A stretch of DNA of 64,000 nt from IMG/VR virus record IMGVR_UViG_3300031418_000001; one strand, 5' to 3'. This DNA comes from a virus (taxonomy: Duplodnaviria; Heunggongvirae; Uroviricota; Caudoviricetes). The notes beneath the pieces were generated by a model, which was not told the origin of the DNA, did not search any database, and saw only the letters and a program-made list of their open reading frames with translations. The translations under genes were made by a program, and so were the position numbers. This document shows positions 61,868 to 64,000 of this stretch, piece by piece (position 1 is the stretch's first letter; every line of letters begins with the position of its first letter).

Positions 61868-62776
61868 ATGACCAGAAAACTTAAAGAAGCTGCTGTAAAA
61901 GTAGATATTAATGGCCTTGAGTCAAGTGATTTAGAAATGCTATCACGTATGCTACAACTTGCAGGACAAGCTGAACAAGGTAGTACCCTTGGTGGTGCTC
62001 CTGACTTATCACAAGGTATTAGTGCTTTGGATTTTGATGAACCAAGTACTGATATTGGTGCTGGAATTGGTTCTATGGGTGATGAAAGTACTGAACTTGA
62101 TCCAAGTATGGGAATGTCGATGGTAGGTGATTCAGACCCTGCTTCTGATATAGCACCTGAAGAAGTGGTTGACATTCAGGCTGAGCCTGAATTAGAATCA
62201 CAGGGTGACGCATTTAGTGATGTAGTCGGCCAGGATGATATTTCAAACGAAACAGATAGTATCTTTGATGAATCATTCGACATGGCTGCTATGCGTCGTA
62301 TTGCTGGTCTTACTGAAGATATTTCAGATGACAACATTGATGAAGATAACGATTCTTCTGAAGGTGATGATGACGCTGAAGACTTAGATGAAGCTCGTAT
62401 CCTCCCTGACCTGTCTCTTAACGAAGAACCCGAAGAAGCATTTGGGCCTTTCCGTTCTGAACAAGAATGCAGTATGAACGGACAGATGGAAACTAATGGG
62501 GTTGCTGGTTCTAACTTTATTGTTATGAGCAAGCCTGATGGTTACTACTGGAAACGTACTGTACAAGAAGATGCAGAGAACCGTCCTGACCCAATGCAGT
62601 TTGACGATGAAGGTCTACAACATTCTCGCCATGAGTATCGCCATAAACGTACTAAAGTTGGTGATAACACTATTCTTTCTAACATTCATGAAGAAGCTGA
62701 AGAAGAAGATGAATCTGTTGAACAAATTCATGAATCTCTGAATGAACGTTATAAAAAGTTCCTTGGAGGTGAATAA
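61868..62776 (+). CDS. hypothetical highly acidic protein
   Basis: 302 aa, long D/E/S tracts. Confidence 0.35.
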   Translation: MTRKLKEAAVKVDINGLESSDLEMLSRMLQLAGQAEQGSTLGGAPDLSQGISALDFDEPSTDIGAGIGSMGDESTELDPSMGMSMVGDSDPASDIAPEEVVDIQAEPELESQGDAFSDVVGQDDISNETDSIFDESFDMAAMRRIAGLTEDISDDNIDEDNDSSEGDDDAEDLDEARILPDLSLNEEPEEAFGPFRSEQECSMNGQMETNGVAGSNFIVMSKPDGYYWKRTVQEDAENRPDPMQFDDEGLQHSRHEYRHKRTKVGDNTILSNIHEEAEEEDESVEQIHESLNERYKKFLGGE

Positions 62777-63144
62777 TGGAAGACAGTAAAGTACTTCGTT
62801 CGTTAATGGAAAGTATTGAACCTATGATGGATTCAGAACCAAGTGATGTTCCTCAAGAACAAATTGGTTCTGAACCAATGTTAAGTTTAAAAAGTATTAT
62901 GGAATCAATTAAGACTATCGTTAGTGCACTTCAGAGTGATGAGCATATCGACGATATTACTTCTGGATTACATAATGTTTCCGAAGAACTAAAACAATTA
63001 GCTGAATCTGTTGGTAGTTTAGAAGAGTGTCATGGTACTGAAGATATGGGGCCAAATTTAGTAGATAAAGATGGTGCAGAACTTCAGGTATATTCAGTTC
63101 CTGGTGCTGATTCATTCCCTGAAAGGAATGGTTTTGTGGGGTAA
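62776..63144 (+). CDS. hypothetical protein
   Basis: 122 aa, ATGA overlap. Confidence 0.3.
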   Translation: MEDSKVLRSLMESIEPMMDSEPSDVPQEQIGSEPMLSLKSIMESIKTIVSALQSDEHIDDITSGLHNVSEELKQLAESVGSLEECHGTEDMGPNLVDKDGAELQVYSVPGADSFPERNGFVG

Positions 63145-63146
63145 GT

Positions 63147-63518
63147 ATGATCTCACTGAATGACGGCACTGAATATCAAGACAAAGTACTTAATAAAATT
63201 AAAGAAGTATACGATAGTAACGGCATCAGTGATCGAATAGTACTGATGAGTATATTTCATAATTATAGAACTGGTGCAGGATTACGTTTAAGCGATAAAG
63301 GCTATGAGATTTGTAAGAACAATAGCCTTTATGAGTTCCATGACGTACCACTACCAAGGCTAAAGCAAACATCGTTATTGTTTACATCACTTGATCGTAT
63401 ATGCAAATCTCCCTATTACGTATTAGGCAACACACTTTTTTTAAGTGATCGCATAATCGTTACACATTACACGCTGTGCGGTGGAGATTTCGATAAAATT
63501 TTCGATACATTTTCGTGA
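63147..63518 (+). CDS. hypothetical protein
   Basis: 123-aa ORF. Confidence 0.3.
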   Translation: MISLNDGTEYQDKVLNKIKEVYDSNGISDRIVLMSIFHNYRTGAGLRLSDKGYEICKNNSLYEFHDVPLPRLKQTSLLFTSLDRICKSPYYVLGNTLFLSDRIIVTHYTLCGGDFDKIFDTFS

Positions 63519-63544
63519 AACGAAAAAATTTTATGACCTATACT
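63516..63544 (+). promoter_or_regulatory. early-type promoter copy 4: TGAAAC-N17-TATACT
   Basis: TGAAAC 63516-21 overlapping the upstream stop; TATACT 63539-44; conserved ATGACC and TTAAAG flanks. Confidence 0.55.
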
Positions 63545-63576
63545 TAAAGTGTTGAGGCGATACAGAGAAAAACGAA

Positions 63577-63605
63577 AGGCTCCCAACACGGAGCCTTCTC
63601 TTTTG
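63577..63605 (+). terminator. hairpin plus T-run (terminator/attenuator)
   Basis: AAAGGCTCC-caacac-GGAGCCTT followed by CTCTTTT; lies about 30 nt downstream of promoter copy 4. Confidence 0.45.
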
Positions 63606-63666
63606 TCCTAACAAAACAAATACTAATTAACTAAGAAGCAACTATCTATCCTAAAGGAAATTAATA

Positions 63667-64000
63667 ATGGCTAAAGAAACTCGTCAAGACAAAATCACCA
63701 ACGAAATCAGTCTGAAACCTTCTCAGGTTTATCAAGCAATGCGAATGGCTGATGTAATCGGTGATAGTATGATGGTGTGGGGTGCTCCAGGTATCGGTAA
63801 ATCAATGCTGGCTAAGCAGTATGCTAATGAGAACTATCCACTGGTTAAAGATAACCTGGAAGTAGTTGCTAAGCTGCAAGCTCGTGTTGCTGATAAAGAT
63901 GACACCTATACTCAATCAGAACTTGACGCATTCAAAGCAACTCTGATTGACCAGGAAACAAACTTTATTGATTTCCGTCTGTCACAGATTGAACCAACGG
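63667..64000 (+). CDS. P-loop NTPase (partial, runs off window end)
   Basis: MVWGAPGIGKS Walker A about 40 aa from the N-terminus; AAGGAAATTAATA RBS. Confidence 0.5.
   Translation, partial: MAKETRQDKITNEISLKPSQVYQAMRMADVIGDSMMVWGAPGIGKSMLAKQYANENYPLVKDNLEVVAKLQARVADKDDTYTQSELDAFKATLIDQETNFIDFRLSQIEPT

Noticed and set aside
462-62566. All minus-strand ORFs in the six-frame track (462-743, 888-1085, 907-1122, 2189-2428, 2959-3225, 6759-7055, 8958-9176, 13219-13458, 14983-15189, 15676-15861, 17914-18165, 18189-18515, 20401-20592, 22588-22785, 23202-23396, 23677-23862, 27467-27676, 29681-29965, 30752-30937, 30968-31171, 33757-34158, 35796-36128, 36017-36235, 36356-36541, 36819-37019, 37747-37944, 38354-38836, 39930-40199, 40824-41096, 42419-42652, 42668-42970, 43653-43853, 44405-44587, 45359-45646, 45484-45666, 45873-46148, 48875-49243, 49185-49403, 53493-53777, 54661-54861, 56874-57089, 57278-57499, 57657-58019, 58164-58439, 58678-58911, 59833-60042, 60560-60772, 61804-62175, 62176-62532, 62384-62566)
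   Set aside because: Each lies antisense within a longer + strand gene that has recognisable homology or fits the gapless + strand gene chain. None has a plausible RBS. AT-rich genomes generate long antisense ORFs by chance.
792-62741. Same-strand alternative-frame ORFs nested inside longer genes (792-986, 3182-3412, 8331-8636, 18197-18379, 18488-18721, 19959-20201, 24936-25124, 33519-33746, 36333-36557, 38565-38795, 40780-41079, 42622-42894, 45417-45605, 52033-52239, 55148-55357, 59493-59684, 60435-60674, 62538-62741, 6790-7014 N-terminal part, 12119-12325 extension)
   Set aside because: Fully embedded in well-supported genes in another frame and composed of low-complexity, hydrophobic codon-shadow sequence. 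The 12119 extension is an out-of-frame overlap with the end of fibre 1; the true start is ATG 12326 behind an RBS.
1-64000. tRNA genes
   Set aside because: I looked in intergenic regions and the 27124-27726 ORF-free stretch for T-arm consensus (GGTTCGAATCC-like) and D-arm/anticodon-arm arrangements. I found only incidental matches inside ORFs. The search was done by eye, so absence is not definitive. tRNAscan-SE should be run.
1-64000. CRISPR array, integrase/transposase, or prophage attachment features
   Set aside because: No spaced direct repeats, no tyrosine/serine recombinase or DDE transposase signatures seen. The window looks like lytic-phage genome interior.

Overview
This 64-kb window is AT-rich (about 35% GC by eye) and gene-dense, with every credible gene on the + strand. 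Neighbouring genes often overlap by ATGA/TAATG, and all minus-strand ORFs in the track look spurious. The content is that of a large T4-superfamily (probably jumbo) myovirus.

Recognisable core genes:
- nucleotide metabolism: anaerobic RNR NrdD/NrdG, thymidine kinase, gp1-type dNMP kinase, an NrdC-like glutaredoxin, a Nudix hydrolase and a small CDA-fold deaminase;
- lysis: an i-/o-spanin pair and a T4-e-like lysozyme;
- virion: a tail sheath, three tandem tail-tube-fold paralogues, and three tandem ~900-aa fibre/receptor-binding paralogues.

The accessory complement is unusual:
- a Thg1-like 3'-5' polymerase, a DUF4326 protein and an RlaP-like Pol-beta nucleotidyltransferase;
- an ATP-dependent RNA ligase fused to an N-terminal tRNA-binding (Myf/EMAP-like) domain;
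- a HAD hydrolase, a PRTase-fold protein, a Ro60-like (TROVE/vWA or DUF2828-type) protein and a 2H phosphoesterase;
- a ribosome hibernation factor (HPF), a CCA-adding enzyme, a GatB/YqeY-domain protein and a PTH2-type peptidyl-tRNA hydrolase;
- a NADAR and a TARG1-like macro domain (ADP-ribose removal), a Lar-like anti-restriction protein, and an HNH endonuclease followed by a ~600-nt ORF-free GC-elevated region.

Regulatory signals found by reading the sequence:
- four copies of an early-type promoter TGAAA(C/T)-N17-TATACT with conserved flanks;
- seven T4-late-like (T/A)ATAAATA boxes in front of structural, lysis and nrdD genes;
- many rho-independent terminators, several sharing near-identical stems.

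GTAC/AGTACT looks several-fold over-represented genome-wide, including in terminator stems. I found no tRNA genes, CRISPR arrays or integrase.
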